Assembly: GCA_963790305.1 (NCBI GenBank)
Contig: CAWBOC010000005.1
Coordinates: 512,001-576,000, forward strand
DNA: 64,000 nucleotides
Reading direction: 5' to 3'
From: an uncultured Gemmatimonadaceae bacterium
GTDB lineage: Bacteria > Gemmatimonadota > Gemmatimonadetes > Gemmatimonadales > Gemmatimonadaceae
Shown here piece by piece: positions 28,875-38,870 of this stretch. The notes under the pieces are model-generated. The model was given only the letters and a program-made list of their open reading frames with translations, searched no databases and was not told the origin of the DNA. The translations under genes were made by a program, and so were the position numbers. Position 1 is the first letter of the stretch; the number at the start of each line of letters is the position of its first letter.

Positions 28875-29204
28875 TTACTGATCTTCCCACGGCTTCTTGT
28901 CCGCCTTCTCTTCCCGCGCGAGGAAGCGCTCCTGACGGCGGTCCTTCGCGCGCTGCTCGGCGGTGCACTCGATCATTCCGATCACGTCCTTGCAGCGAAC
29001 GCGAATGCGGCAGCCCGAGATATCCCGGAACTCCAGCCACCGTGGACGCCAGCGTCGCGCGAGCACGCGCTGGATACGTTCCGCCTGCGGCATGCGCACG
29101 TTGTACCAGCCGTTTTCGCAGCGCACCACCCAGTAGTCGCGCGCAACCGGCTGTTCCTCGTCAGGCTTCTCCTCGTTTTTGAGATACTCTGCAATGCGGT
29201 TCAT
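28875..29204 (-). CDS. Small hypothetical protein
   Basis: MNRIAEYLK..., SD ggag upstream, charged C-terminal helix. Confidence 0.6.
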   Translation of the reverse strand: MNRIAEYLKNEEKPDEEQPVARDYWVVRCENGWYNVRMPQAERIQRVLARRWRPRWLEFRDISGCRIRVRCKDVIGMIECTAEQRAKDRRQERFLAREEKADKKPWEDQ

Positions 29205-29304
29205 CGTCTCACTCCGACAGCGTAGCACGGCGGAAGGCAGAATCGCCCTCGGCGCTGGGAGTCGCGTTCGCCATCACCTCGGGCGCCACGCCCCCGCCGG
29301 CCAC

Positions 29305-29348
29305 AAAAGAAATCGCCCCACCTGCTGTGCTTGCGCAGGTGGGGCGAT
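29305..29348 (-). terminator. Intrinsic terminator inside the leader region
   Basis: 14-bp stem atcgccccacctgc/gcaggtggggcgat followed on the minus strand by TTCTTTT. Confidence 0.75.
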
Positions 29349-29708
29349 GCTGCCGACCCCTATCGGAGTGTCGGATGCTCCGCTGTTAGGCCGAGCTCCT
29401 CCCGTCTCCGCATCCTGCGCCTATCGTTCGCGCCATCCAGGCGTCGCTTCGCCGAACGTCTTCCCTCGTGGAAGGAATTCGCGCGAGCGCGCACGGCCGT
29501 CCCGCTGGCTGATGCTTGCCAGCCAGGCGGTACGTACCGAGTTGGAAGGTCGAGTGCGCGGTCATTGGTATCAGATACGAGTTGCTATGCCTTCTGTTCG
29601 TTGGACCCCGGAAACGAGAATCGCGTCACGATGGTCGTGGTCCGAGCTCCACGCGATGTGGGGCGGAGAACAGCGACGACATCGGGACGCGACTCCCAGG
29701 GAGGCGTC

Positions 29709-29736
29709 AGTATAAGGGCGCTGCGGAGATTGTCAA
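29709..29736 (-). promoter_or_regulatory. Near-consensus sigma70 promoter
   Basis: Minus strand TTGACA (29736-29731), 16-nt spacer, TATACT (29714-29709). Confidence 0.7.
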
Positions 29737-29753
29737 GAGGGGGCGTTAGGTTT

Positions 29754-30416
29754 TCACGAGAATATGCCGCCGATGATCTCGAGTATCGCCTCGAACACGC
29801 TGCCGGCGGCGTCGGCGACACCTCCTGCCACGCCGCTGCTTGCTACAGCCTCGGCGGCTCCCGATAGCGCATACCCGGCCGCGCGTGCGCCGAGGAAGAG
29901 CACGTCGGGCATGTACAACAGAGAGTCGACTACGAGAAGGCCCGGGACATCGGCAGTCGTGGCGAGACCAGCTCTGCCGCGCCGAGTGACATCTCTCTCG
30001 AGGCTGAGCTTCCAGATCGCGGCGATCTCAGCGTGATCGAACCATACTCCGCGACATGACTTGCACACGTCGAGCCGGATGTTCTGATACGTCTGCGGCT
30101 CGAGCGTCTGCTGACACGCCGGACAATCGATGGTGTTGCGAGACCCGCAGCTCGCACATTCGTGCGCGTTCCGGTCGATGGGCGTGTGACAGGAATGACA
30201 GAGCGCTCGCGCATCGGGTGGGAACGGCGAGACATGATTCCAGAATGCCTGCGGCGGATGCCGACGCAGTCGCTGGATCTCGCCGAGCTCGAACCAGACG
30301 CCGCCGCACCGTCGGCAGTAGTCGAGCTCCAGCTCCTCCGCGAGACCGACCCGCGTCTTCTCGAGGTGCGATCCCAAACAGACCGGGCAGGGATAGCGCG
30401 GCTCGATCTTAGGCAT
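29754..30416 (-). CDS. Protein with two TFIIB-type zinc fingers and a central zinc ribbon
   Basis: CPVC..LDYCRRCGGVWF, CHSC..CASC, CPAC..LDVCKSCRGVWFD. Confidence 0.85.
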   Translation of the reverse strand: MPKIEPRYPCPVCLGSHLEKTRVGLAEELELDYCRRCGGVWFELGEIQRLRRHPPQAFWNHVSPFPPDARALCHSCHTPIDRNAHECASCGSRNTIDCPACQQTLEPQTYQNIRLDVCKSCRGVWFDHAEIAAIWKLSLERDVTRRGRAGLATTADVPGLLVVDSLLYMPDVLFLGARAAGYALSGAAEAVASSGVAGGVADAAGSVFEAILEIIGGIFS

Positions 30417-30858
30417 CGAGAATTCCCTTCGCGTGCGGTTTGTCCGCAAGGTTCTTGACATCGTGAAAAACATAGACGACGACACCGGAGTCGGTCACTT
30501 CGACATCAGCAAGCTGTCGAACCATGAGTGACTCGAGGAGCTCGTTGGCTTTCTCAGGCGTGATCGCGAACTCGGTGACCAGCTCAACGGCGGTGAGCCG
30601 GCCCTGCCGTTGGGCGGCGAGGCGCAGAATTTCCGATTCGTAGGTCTGCTGGCGCAGCACTTCTCGTCGTTCCGCCAGGCGAGCACCACCTCTCAAACGC
30701 TTGGTGAGCAACGCGATCCCACCGAGCGCCGGCAGCGCGACGGTAATGAGCAGCGCGGCGATGGTCGCCGGCGCGCTGGTCTCCGCGCCGGAACGCAGGA
30801 AGCCCAGGAGCATGAAGCCAGCGAGCGCGAGCAGAGCGAAACCGACGACCTTTGTCAC
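30409..30858 (-). CDS. Membrane protein with winged-helix-like C-terminus
   Basis: Two TM helices then ILRLA..GRLTAVE..GVVVYVF. Confidence 0.7.
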   Translation of the reverse strand: MTKVVGFALLALAGFMLLGFLRSGAETSAPATIAALLITVALPALGGIALLTKRLRGGARLAERREVLRQQTYESEILRLAAQRQGRLTAVELVTEFAITPEKANELLESLMVRQLADVEVTDSGVVVYVFHDVKNLADKPHAKGILDA

Positions 30859-31020
30859 CGTCGAAAATCCTTCGCAGAGGTCTACGCAATACTACGTGCG
30901 TGGTGCGTCGCGCGCTTCATTCGCGATCACTGACGATCGAGTCGACGTGGCACCGCCAATGCGGTATAGTAGCACTCGGACAAATTTCCCTCTCAGCCCT
31001 TGCCTCGGAAGGAGGCTCGT

Positions 31021-31683
31021 ATGGCTATTGCCCGGTGGGTTGCTTCCGCCCTCGCCGTCGCCGCAATGATACCCGCGACTGGTCTGACGCAGCCGAACGT
31101 GAACTTCAAGGATTCGTGGTTCTGGGGGGTGAAGGGGGGAGTGATCTCGTTTTCCACCGCGACGGTCGATGGCCGCGTCGAGCCTGTCGTCGGTGGGGAA
31201 TGGCTGCTGACGCGCACACAGGGCGGGCTGTACGTGTCGTACGATCAATCGATGTTCGACGCGAGCTCCGCGTTCGAGGACACAACGGGGCAGTCGCGCA
31301 CGGTGACCATACGTGACCTGCGGCGACTGACCGTAGCGGCGATGGCGTTTCCGTTATTCCTCGACGCGGGTTTCGCGTCGATCCGGCCCTACGCGGGTGC
31401 CGGGTTCGCGCTCAACTTCATTCGGTCCGCCGCGCTCGTCGGCGCGCCGCCGACCGACACCATTCTCCGGAAAGACGTGAACAATCGCCTCGAGGAGGAG
31501 CGCGACCGAGCCGCCCCGGTGTTGATACTCGGGCTTCAGTTCCAGGTGGGACGATTGGCGGTCTTTGCGCAGGGCACGGCGATGCCGGCGGAAGCGGAAT
31601 TCTTCCTCAACGGCCGCCCGACGGTGTTCGCCGAGGCGGGGTTACGCTTCAACGCGGGCAGCTCGAAATCGAGGAGAGACTAG
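31021..31683 (+). CDS. Outer-membrane beta-barrel protein
   Basis: Signal peptide, alternating beta strands, RPYAGAG, terminal AGLRF; SD ggagg. Confidence 0.7.
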   Translation: MAIARWVASALAVAAMIPATGLTQPNVNFKDSWFWGVKGGVISFSTATVDGRVEPVVGGEWLLTRTQGGLYVSYDQSMFDASSAFEDTTGQSRTVTIRDLRRLTVAAMAFPLFLDAGFASIRPYAGAGFALNFIRSAALVGAPPTDTILRKDVNNRLEEERDRAAPVLILGLQFQVGRLAVFAQGTAMPAEAEFFLNGRPTVFAEAGLRFNAGSSKSRRD

Positions 31684-31690
31684 AACGGCA

Positions 31691-31783
31691 GAGGTCGTCG
31701 AGGGTGTCAATGTGATCGAGGGTGTCGAGGTAAAAAGCCGTTACCTCGACACCCTCGACGACATCGACATCCTTGACTACCTC
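31691..31783. repeat. Tandem-inverted 9-mer repeat (GTCGAGGGT-like) between convergent genes
   Basis: gtcgagggt-gtcaatgtg-atcgagggt-gtcgaggta ... tacctcgac-accctcgac-gacatcgac-atccttgac; same unit as 27357. Confidence 0.8.
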
Positions 31784-31787
31784 CGCT

Positions 31788-34020
31788 TCATACCGGGAAC
31801 AGCATCTCCCGATACTTCGGCAGCGGCCACAGCTCGTCGGCCACCACCAGCTCGAGCTTGTCGCACGCCGCACGCACTCCAGCCATCGCCTCCGCGCCCG
31901 TCGACGTCAGCATCTTCGCGCACTTGTCGAGATCGTCGTGCATGTGCTCCGCCTTCTCGATGACCGCGGCCAGCTTCTCCCGCTCGGCGCGCAGATCCTC
32001 GATCAGCGCTCCGACCTCGTTCGCGCGCATCGATCTGCGGAATGGCCCTGATGCCTGCCGCCTTCGCCTGCGCCGCGCTGGTCGCCAGCTGACCCGCGTA
32101 GGTGAACGCCGCCGGCAGCACCATCGTATCGACCATCTGCTGCAGCGTGTACAGCTCGATCAGCATGTCCTTGATGTACCGCTCCATGCGGACATGGTAG
32201 CGTGACTCGAGCTCCTCCTTCGTCAACACACCAAGCTTGCTCAGCAGCGACCGTGACTGCTTCGTCACCAGCTGCGCCAATGCCTCGGGCGTCCGGCGGT
32301 AGTTAGGCAGCCCACGCTTCTCCGCTTCCGTCACCCACTCCTCGGCGTAGTTGTTCCCTTCGAAGCGGACGGGGGTCGACTCCTTGAACGACTCCTTCAC
32401 GACCTTGAGCACGGCGTCATCCACCGACTTCGTCTTCTTGAGCTCCGCCTTCAGCGCCTCGGTGATCTCGGCCAGGCCATCGGCGACCGCGGCGTTCAGG
32501 AGCGTCACCGGGAACGCGATCGACTGCGACGATCCCACCGCGCGGAACTCGAACTTGTTCCCCGTGAACGCGAACGGTGACGTGCGGTTGCGATCGGTGT
32601 TGTCCTTCTCGATGTCGGGCAGCTTCGCCACGCCCAGCTTGATGAGCTGCTGCTCGGCGCCGCGGGCCGATTCCTTTCCGGCGATGATGCCATCGATCAG
32701 CTTCGTCAGCATGTCGCCCATGAACACCGAGATGATCGCCGGCGGCGCTTCGTTCGCGCCGAGACGGTGTTCGTTGCCCGAGGTCGCGATGCCCGCGCGC
32801 AGCAGGCCCGAGTGCTTGTGCACGCCGCGCAGTACCGCCGCCAGGAATACGAGGAAGCGGATGTTCTGATGCGGCGTCTTGCCGGGCTTGAGCAGGTTGA
32901 GGCCGTCGAGCTCGTTGTCGGCCGTGATCGCCATCGACCAGTTGCAGTGCTTGCCCGAGCCGTTGATGCCGGCGAACGGCTTCTCGTGCAGCAACGCCTG
33001 GAGCCCGTGCCGCAGGGCGACGCGACGCATCGTCGCCATCACCATCTGGTTGTGGTCGACGCCGAGGTCGGTCTCCTCGAAGTGGGGCGCCATCTCGAAC
33101 TGCGACGGCGCGACCTCGTTATGCCGCGTCACGATCGGCACGCCGAGCTTGTAGAGCTCCTGCTCGATCTCGGCAATGCACGCCTGGATGCGCTCGGGAA
33201 TGCCGCCGAAATAGTGGTCCTCGAGCTGCTGGCCGCGTGGAGGTGGAGCGCCGACGAGCGTGCGGCCGGCCATGACGAGGTCGGGACGCATCGCGAAGTA
33301 ATTCCGGTCGATCAGGAAGTACTCCTGCTCCGGTCCCAGCGTCGTGAACACGCGCTGCACGCCCTTGTCGCCTAACAGCTCGAGCAGCTCGATCGCGCGC
33401 TGCGACAGCATGTCCGAGCTCCGCAGCATCGGGGTCATCTCGTCGAGCGCCTCGCCGTTGTAGCCGATGAACACCGACGGAATGCACAGCGTGCGGACGC
33501 CGCCCACCTCGTGGATGAACACCGGGCTGGCGGGGTTCCATGCCGTGTAGCCGCGCGCTTCCCAGGTCGCGCGCAGACCGCCCGACGGGAAGCTCGACGC
33601 ATCCGGCTCGCTCTGGATCAGCTGCGACGCCGAGAACGACTCCATCGGATGCTGGTTCTCGTCGAACGACAGGAAAGCATCGTGCTTCTCGGCGGTGAGT
33701 CCGGTCTGGGGCTGAAACCAGTGCGTGAAATGGGTCACCCCCCTGGAAATCGCCCATTCCTTGATGACCTGCGCCACGACGGGCGCAATCTCGAGGTCGA
33801 GCTTTTTCCCGAGTCGCACGGAGGCGACCAGCTTCTGGTAGACGTGCGCCGGCAGCTTGTCGCGCATCTGACGCGCGCCAAAGGTATTGCAGCCGAAGTA
33901 GGAGGAAGTCGGCAGATGGGCTCCGTTGGTGTGCGCGGACCCGTTAGGCGTGGCAGTGGGACGTGCGGTACGCCCCGCGATCTCCTGAAGGATAGCGCGG
34001 CGTGGACTGGCGACGGGCAT
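31788..34020 (-). CDS. Glutamine synthetase type III (frameshift near 32030)
   Basis: HWFQPQTG, EPDASSFPSGGLR, HNEVAP, EKPFAGINGSGKH, DRNRTSPFAFTGNKFEFR; C-terminal WPLPKYREMLF in second frame. Confidence 0.93.
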
Positions 34021-34056
34021 GGGGGTGGGGCTCCGAGTCGGGGAACTGGGTGAAGG

Positions 34057-34085
34057 CTGCGAACTGCGTACTGCGTACTGCGTAG
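34057..34085. repeat. Heptamer tandem repeat (CTGCGTA) in the GSIII 5' region
   Basis: gctgcgaactgcgtactgcgtactgcgta. Confidence 0.7.
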
Positions 34086-34381
34086 TCTGCAGATCTGGCA
34101 AATTTATGCCCTCGTTTCGCGAAATCCAGGCCACGTTTTGGACGCTTTGACCCCGTGTTCGTGCAGAAAACGCACGATCACGCGGGCAGTGAGGCGTCCC
34201 GCCGATGCGCGGGCGCTACACTCCATGAGAACGCTTAAATGAAACAACGGCAGTCCTTTAGATCGCGTGACTACGCCTGACGGCGGCGCGTCTGAACACT
34301 GTGGTCGCCGTCCCCCCCGGAGCGGCCAGATCGGCGCGTCCGGGTTTGCCTATCCGCTGAATCCAAAAGGACTTCCAGACA

Positions 34382-34705
34382 ATGAATCGCCTGTTTGCCT
34401 CCGCCCTACTCGCCCTCGGGCTGGTCGCCATGCTCAACAACGCCAGCGCCGCCCAGCAGCACGTAGCCGCGCTGGGGAAAAAGTTCTCCACGGAAGAGGT
34501 CAGGATCGCCTCCGAGGACATGGTGATCTTCATCAACCAGGACAAGGTGGTTCATCAGGTCTTCTCGGTCACCGACGGACTTCGCTTCAACCTGAAGCGC
34601 CTTCCGCCGGGAGCTGCCAGCGGCGTTCGCTTCAAGAAGCGCGGTGTCGCCGAAGTTCGGTGCGCGATCCATCGCGACATGCGCATGAAGGTCGTCGTCG
34701 AGTAG
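34382..34705 (+). CDS. Small exported cupredoxin-like protein
   Basis: Signal peptide; HQV...CAIHRDM type-1 copper ligand pattern. Confidence 0.75.
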   Translation: MNRLFASALLALGLVAMLNNASAAQQHVAALGKKFSTEEVRIASEDMVIFINQDKVVHQVFSVTDGLRFNLKRLPPGAASGVRFKKRGVAEVRCAIHRDMRMKVVVE

Positions 34706-34712
34706 CCCGCGA

Positions 34713-36491
34713 ATGGCCAATGTCGACGCCCCGTTCTCCACGCGGGCGGCCGACCGTCTTCGGGACCTGACGCTCGTCGGCAAACTCTCGCTCACCATGG
34801 CCGCGCTCCTGCTCACGCTCGCAGGAGTGATCGCGGTGACCATGGTGAGCACGAGCTCCAGCATCGCGCGACACACGGGAGAGCTGGTGGACGCGCGCCG
34901 AGTGAAGGAAATGGCCATCCTCTCACTCGCGCTCCTGCGCTCGCAGGACGACATGTCGAAGTCCATGCTGCTCGATCCCGACCGCATGGATTCGCTCGGC
35001 GTCGCCAAGGTCGAAGCGTATGACGAGTCGACGGTGCTGCTCAAGCGCATGGACTCGCTTTCCACCTCGGCGGAGCTCAGGCGCCTGACGCTGAAGCTTC
35101 GCGCCGTCGACGAAGAGCGCCTTCGCGCGCTCGACACGCGCATCCTCGAGCTCACCGGCGCCGGCGAATCAAAGGCGGCGACGCAGCTGTACTTCTCCGA
35201 GTACGAGCCCGTGCGCGCGGAGTATGAGCGCCTCGTCGAGGAGCTCGGCGTCGTGGCGGAGGCGCATGCGGAAAACGCCGCGCGTCGCGTCGCGTCAGCG
35301 AACCGTCGCGCGCTCATCTACATCTCGATCGCGCTCGCGGCGGGCATCGCGCTCGTTTCCTTCGGACTGTTCGGTGTCGCGCGCAAAGTTGGCAGCAAGC
35401 TGCGCGAGGCGGTCGAGCTCGTGGATACGGTGGCGCGTGGCAACCTCACCCGCGCGGTGCACGTCGATGCGCTCGACGAGACAGGTCGTATGGCGACGTC
35501 GGTGAACGCCATGGTTCGTGATCTTCGCCGGATGATCGGCGAGATCAAGACGACGAGCACACGACTGGTCTCGAGCAGCAGCGAGATCTCGACGGCCGCC
35601 AATGAATGCTCCAGCGCCGTCGTGACGCTTGGCGAAGCGATCGACCAGATCAGCTCGGGTGCACAGGATCAGGCCACCGTCACCAATGAAACGGTCGCCG
35701 TGGTCAAGAAGATGTCGTCGTCCATCGAGGAGGTCGTGCGTCAGGCCGCCGACATGGCGAAGGAGGGGAACCACACGGTGGACATTGCACGCCGCGGCGG
35801 GGACACAGTGCGCGCCGCGATTCAGGGAATGGATTCGACGCGTCATACCGTGCTCGATGCCGCCGCTCGCGTGAAAGAGCTGGCGGAGAACTCCGCTCGC
35901 ATCGGCGACATCAACAAAACCGTGTCGGCGATTGCCGATCAGTGCAATCTCCTCGCGCTCAACGCATCGATCGAGGCTGCGCGCGCCGGCGACCATGGCG
36001 CCGCGTTCCGCATCGTCGCTGACGAGATCCGCGACCTGGCGAACGAGTCGATGGCATCGTCCCAGCGCATCGGTCAGCTGCTCGCCGCGGTGCAGACGGG
36101 AATGGCGGACGTGATGGAGGCGATGCAGCTTGGTACGACGACGGCCGACGAAGGCGCCCACCAGGCCAAGACGGCCGAGGAGAGCCTCGAGGAGATCATG
36201 CAAACGCTCGAGGGGACGAATGGGCAGCTCCAGCGGATCGCCGAACGCGCTCACCTCGTGACGGGTGACGTCGCGAAGGTCGCGTCGTTGGTCGAGTCCG
36301 TGGCGGCCGTGGCCCAGCAGAGTGCCGCGTCGGCCGAGGAGATGTCGGCCCAGAGCGTACAGGTCGCCGAGGCGATCGCGCGGATCGCGAAGATCTCGTC
36401 CAATGGGCAGGATGCGCTAATGTCGGACGAGGAGACGCTTCCGATCATGGCCAGAAAGCTCGACCGTCTCATTGCCGGCTTCGAGGTTTAA
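34713..36491 (+). CDS. Methyl-accepting chemotaxis protein
   Basis: Two TM helices, periplasmic helical domain, HAMP, NLLALNASIEAARAG hairpin tip. Confidence 0.92.
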   Translation: MANVDAPFSTRAADRLRDLTLVGKLSLTMAALLLTLAGVIAVTMVSTSSSIARHTGELVDARRVKEMAILSLALLRSQDDMSKSMLLDPDRMDSLGVAKVEAYDESTVLLKRMDSLSTSAELRRLTLKLRAVDEERLRALDTRILELTGAGESKAATQLYFSEYEPVRAEYERLVEELGVVAEAHAENAARRVASANRRALIYISIALAAGIALVSFGLFGVARKVGSKLREAVELVDTVARGNLTRAVHVDALDETGRMATSVNAMVRDLRRMIGEIKTTSTRLVSSSSEISTAANECSSAVVTLGEAIDQISSGAQDQATVTNETVAVVKKMSSSIEEVVRQAADMAKEGNHTVDIARRGGDTVRAAIQGMDSTRHTVLDAAARVKELAENSARIGDINKTVSAIADQCNLLALNASIEAARAGDHGAAFRIVADEIRDLANESMASSQRIGQLLAAVQTGMADVMEAMQLGTTTADEGAHQAKTAEESLEEIMQTLEGTNGQLQRIAERAHLVTGDVAKVASLVESVAAVAQQSAASAEEMSAQSVQVAEAIARIAKISSNGQDALMSDEETLPIMARKLDRLIAGFEV

Positions 36492-36499
36492 AGAACCAG

Positions 36500-36562
36500 A
36501 GGCGCTAAAGGCGCTAAAGGCGCTAAAGGCGCTAAAGGCGCTGAAGGCGCTAGAGGCGCTGG
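36500..36562. repeat. 9-mer tandem repeat (AGGCGCTAA) x7
   Basis: Four perfect and three degenerate copies in the MCP-peptidase gap. Confidence 0.9.
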
Positions 36563-36625
36563 CGCTGCCTCTTCCGATTGCAGCATTCTCGGCTCACCTT
36601 CGACGCTCGTCCCCCGGAGATCCCC

Positions 36626-38767
36626 ATGCGACTTCGCACTCTTTTCCTCATCGCTGCCACCGCGTTCGCGCCGCTGGCGGAAGCCCAGCGTCTCCAGTAT
36701 CCCGCGTCGAAGAAGGGAGACGTCGTTGACGACTACCACGGCACCTCGATCGCGGATCCCTTCCGCTGGATGGAGAACCTCGGCAGCACCGAGACTGTCG
36801 CCTGGATCCGCGCGCAGAACGCTGTCACACACAGCTATATGGAGAAGCTTCCGTACCGCGAGACGCTACGGAAGCGCATCACCGAGCTCTGGGATTACCC
36901 GAAGGTGTCGCTGCCATACCGCGAGGGCGGCCGCGTCTTCTATAGAAAGAACAGCGGGCTCCAGAAGCAGTCGGTGCTGTACATGCGGCGCTCACTCAGT
37001 GGCCCTCCGAGAGTCGTGCTCGACCCCAACAAGCTCTGGCCCGATGGAGCGACGGCGCTCTTCGGGTACACCGCCTCTCCGGACGGGAAGCACATCATCT
37101 ACTCGGTCTCCGAAGGGGGCGCGGACTGGCAAACGCTCCGCGTCCGCGACCTAACGACGCTTCGCGATCTTCGCGACAGCGTGCGGTGGGTCCGCTTCTC
37201 GGGCGTCGAGTGGACGAACGATGGAAAGGGGTTCTTCTACTCGCGCTATCCTGAGCCTCCGAAGGGCAAGAAGCTCGAAGCCGCGCTCAGCGGGCACGCT
37301 TTGTATTACCACCGTCTGGGCACGCCGCAGTCGCAGGATCAGCTGATCTATCAGCAAAAGGACCTGCCGACCTGGCTCTCCATTGGCGATGTCTCCGAGG
37401 ATGGCCGCTACCTCGTGATCGCCGTCTACCGTGGAGCGGATCCACGGAACCGACTGTACGTGAAGACGCTGGGCGACCCGATGGAGCCGAACATCAGCGC
37501 GCCGGTGAAGCCGCTCATCGTGGATGACGACGCGGAATTCACCTACATCGGCAACGTTGGCACGACGTTCTACGTGCGCACCGACCGTGGCGCGCCGAAT
37601 CGGAAGGTGATCGCAGTCGACGTGCGAGATCCGGCGCCGGAGAAGTGGCAAACGCTCATTCCCGAATCGAAGAACGCGATCGAGAACCTGGCATTAGCGG
37701 GCGGGCAGCTGGCCGTGCAGTACCTGGTGGATGTGAAGAGCGAGGTGAGGCTGTTCGATCCCAAGGGCAACCCGGCGGGCACGATCTCGCTTCCGGGAGT
37801 CGGCTCGGTGTTCGGTCTCTCAGGCCGGTACGACACGCCGGAGCTCTTCTACTCCTACACGTCGCCGCTCTATCCGACGACGGTGTTCCGCTACGATCAT
37901 CGATCGAAACAGAGCGCGCCCTTCGAGGCGGCCGCCTCGAAGTTCGACGTCGAGGGATATGAGACGAAGCAGCTATGGGCGACGTCGAAGGACGGAACGC
38001 GCATTCCCTACTTCGTGACGGCGCGCAAAGGATTGGCGCTCGATCGCGCCAATCCAACGCTCCTGTACGGCTACGGCGGCTTTTCCATCAGCGAGACACC
38101 GTACTATCGCCCGGATGTACCGGCCTGGCTGGAGCTCGGGGGCGTCTACGTCACCGCCAACATGCGCGGCGGCGGCGAGTACGGTGAGGCGTGGCATCAG
38201 GCGGGCATGCTCGACAAGAAGCAGAACGTCTTCGACGACTTCATCGCCGTCGCCGAGGCGCTCGTCCGCGAGGGCTATACCTCGCCCGAGCATCTCGCCG
38301 TGCTCGGTGGGTCGAATGGCGGTCTCCTCGTCGGCGCCGCAATGACCCAGCGCCCCGAGCTGTTCGCGGTGGCTCTCCCCGCCGTGGGCGTGCTCGACAT
38401 GCTGCGTTACGACAAATTCACCGGCGGCGCGCTGTGGGTAAGCGAGTACGGATCACCGTCGGACACGGCCGCCTTCAAGTACCTGCGTGCCTACTCACCG
38501 CTGCATAACGTGCGAGCGGGGACGTGCTATCCCGCCACGATGGTGACGACGTCGGACCACGATGACCGCGTGGTACCGAGCCATTCGTACAAGTACACGG
38601 CGGTGCTCCAGGAAGCACAGGGATGCGACAAGCCGATCCTGCTGCGTGTGGAAACGATGACGTCGCACGGCTATCGTCCGACCGACAAGCGGATCGCGGA
38701 GCTGGCCGATCAGTGGGCGTTCGCGATCGCAAACACGGGGATGAAGGTCGTCGACGTGACGCCGTAA
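36626..38767 (+). CDS. Prolyl oligopeptidase (S9A), exported
   Basis: Signal peptide, DPFRWME, GYGGF, GGSNGG nucleophile, HDDRVVP, His in SHG. Confidence 0.95.
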   Translation: MRLRTLFLIAATAFAPLAEAQRLQYPASKKGDVVDDYHGTSIADPFRWMENLGSTETVAWIRAQNAVTHSYMEKLPYRETLRKRITELWDYPKVSLPYREGGRVFYRKNSGLQKQSVLYMRRSLSGPPRVVLDPNKLWPDGATALFGYTASPDGKHIIYSVSEGGADWQTLRVRDLTTLRDLRDSVRWVRFSGVEWTNDGKGFFYSRYPEPPKGKKLEAALSGHALYYHRLGTPQSQDQLIYQQKDLPTWLSIGDVSEDGRYLVIAVYRGADPRNRLYVKTLGDPMEPNISAPVKPLIVDDDAEFTYIGNVGTTFYVRTDRGAPNRKVIAVDVRDPAPEKWQTLIPESKNAIENLALAGGQLAVQYLVDVKSEVRLFDPKGNPAGTISLPGVGSVFGLSGRYDTPELFYSYTSPLYPTTVFRYDHRSKQSAPFEAAASKFDVEGYETKQLWATSKDGTRIPYFVTARKGLALDRANPTLLYGYGGFSISETPYYRPDVPAWLELGGVYVTANMRGGGEYGEAWHQAGMLDKKQNVFDDFIAVAEALVREGYTSPEHLAVLGGSNGGLLVGAAMTQRPELFAVALPAVGVLDMLRYDKFTGGALWVSEYGSPSDTAAFKYLRAYSPLHNVRAGTCYPATMVTTSDHDDRVVPSHSYKYTAVLQEAQGCDKPILLRVETMTSHGYRPTDKRIAELADQWAFAIANTGMKVVDVTP

Positions 38768-38768
38768 G

Positions 38769-38847
38769 GCGCGGAATGCGGAATGCGGATTGTGAACGTG
38801 AAACCGCCTAACAAATGAGGGCTCCCACCGAGGTCGGAGCCCTCATT
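38769..38847. terminator. GCGGAAT repeat followed by a probable bidirectional terminator hairpin
   Basis: gcggaatgcggaatgcggat then stem aatgagggctcc/ggagccctcatt (38814-38847). Confidence 0.65.
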
Positions 38848-38870
38848 CGTAGAGCGAATTCGCAATCCGG

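Noticed and set aside
29305..29702. RNase P RNA, tmRNA or T-box identity for the leader
   Set aside because: I saw no GAGGAAAGTCC core, no tRNA-like ends with CCA and no T-box consensus
34085..34175. sigma54/NtrC sites upstream of GSIII
   Set aside because: The GGCA...TTGC spacing is one base short, and GTGC-N7-GCAC is the reverse arrangement of an NtrC site
36500..36562. Repeat arrays as CRISPR
   Set aside because: Units are 7-11 nt with no unique spacers, and there are no cas genes in the window
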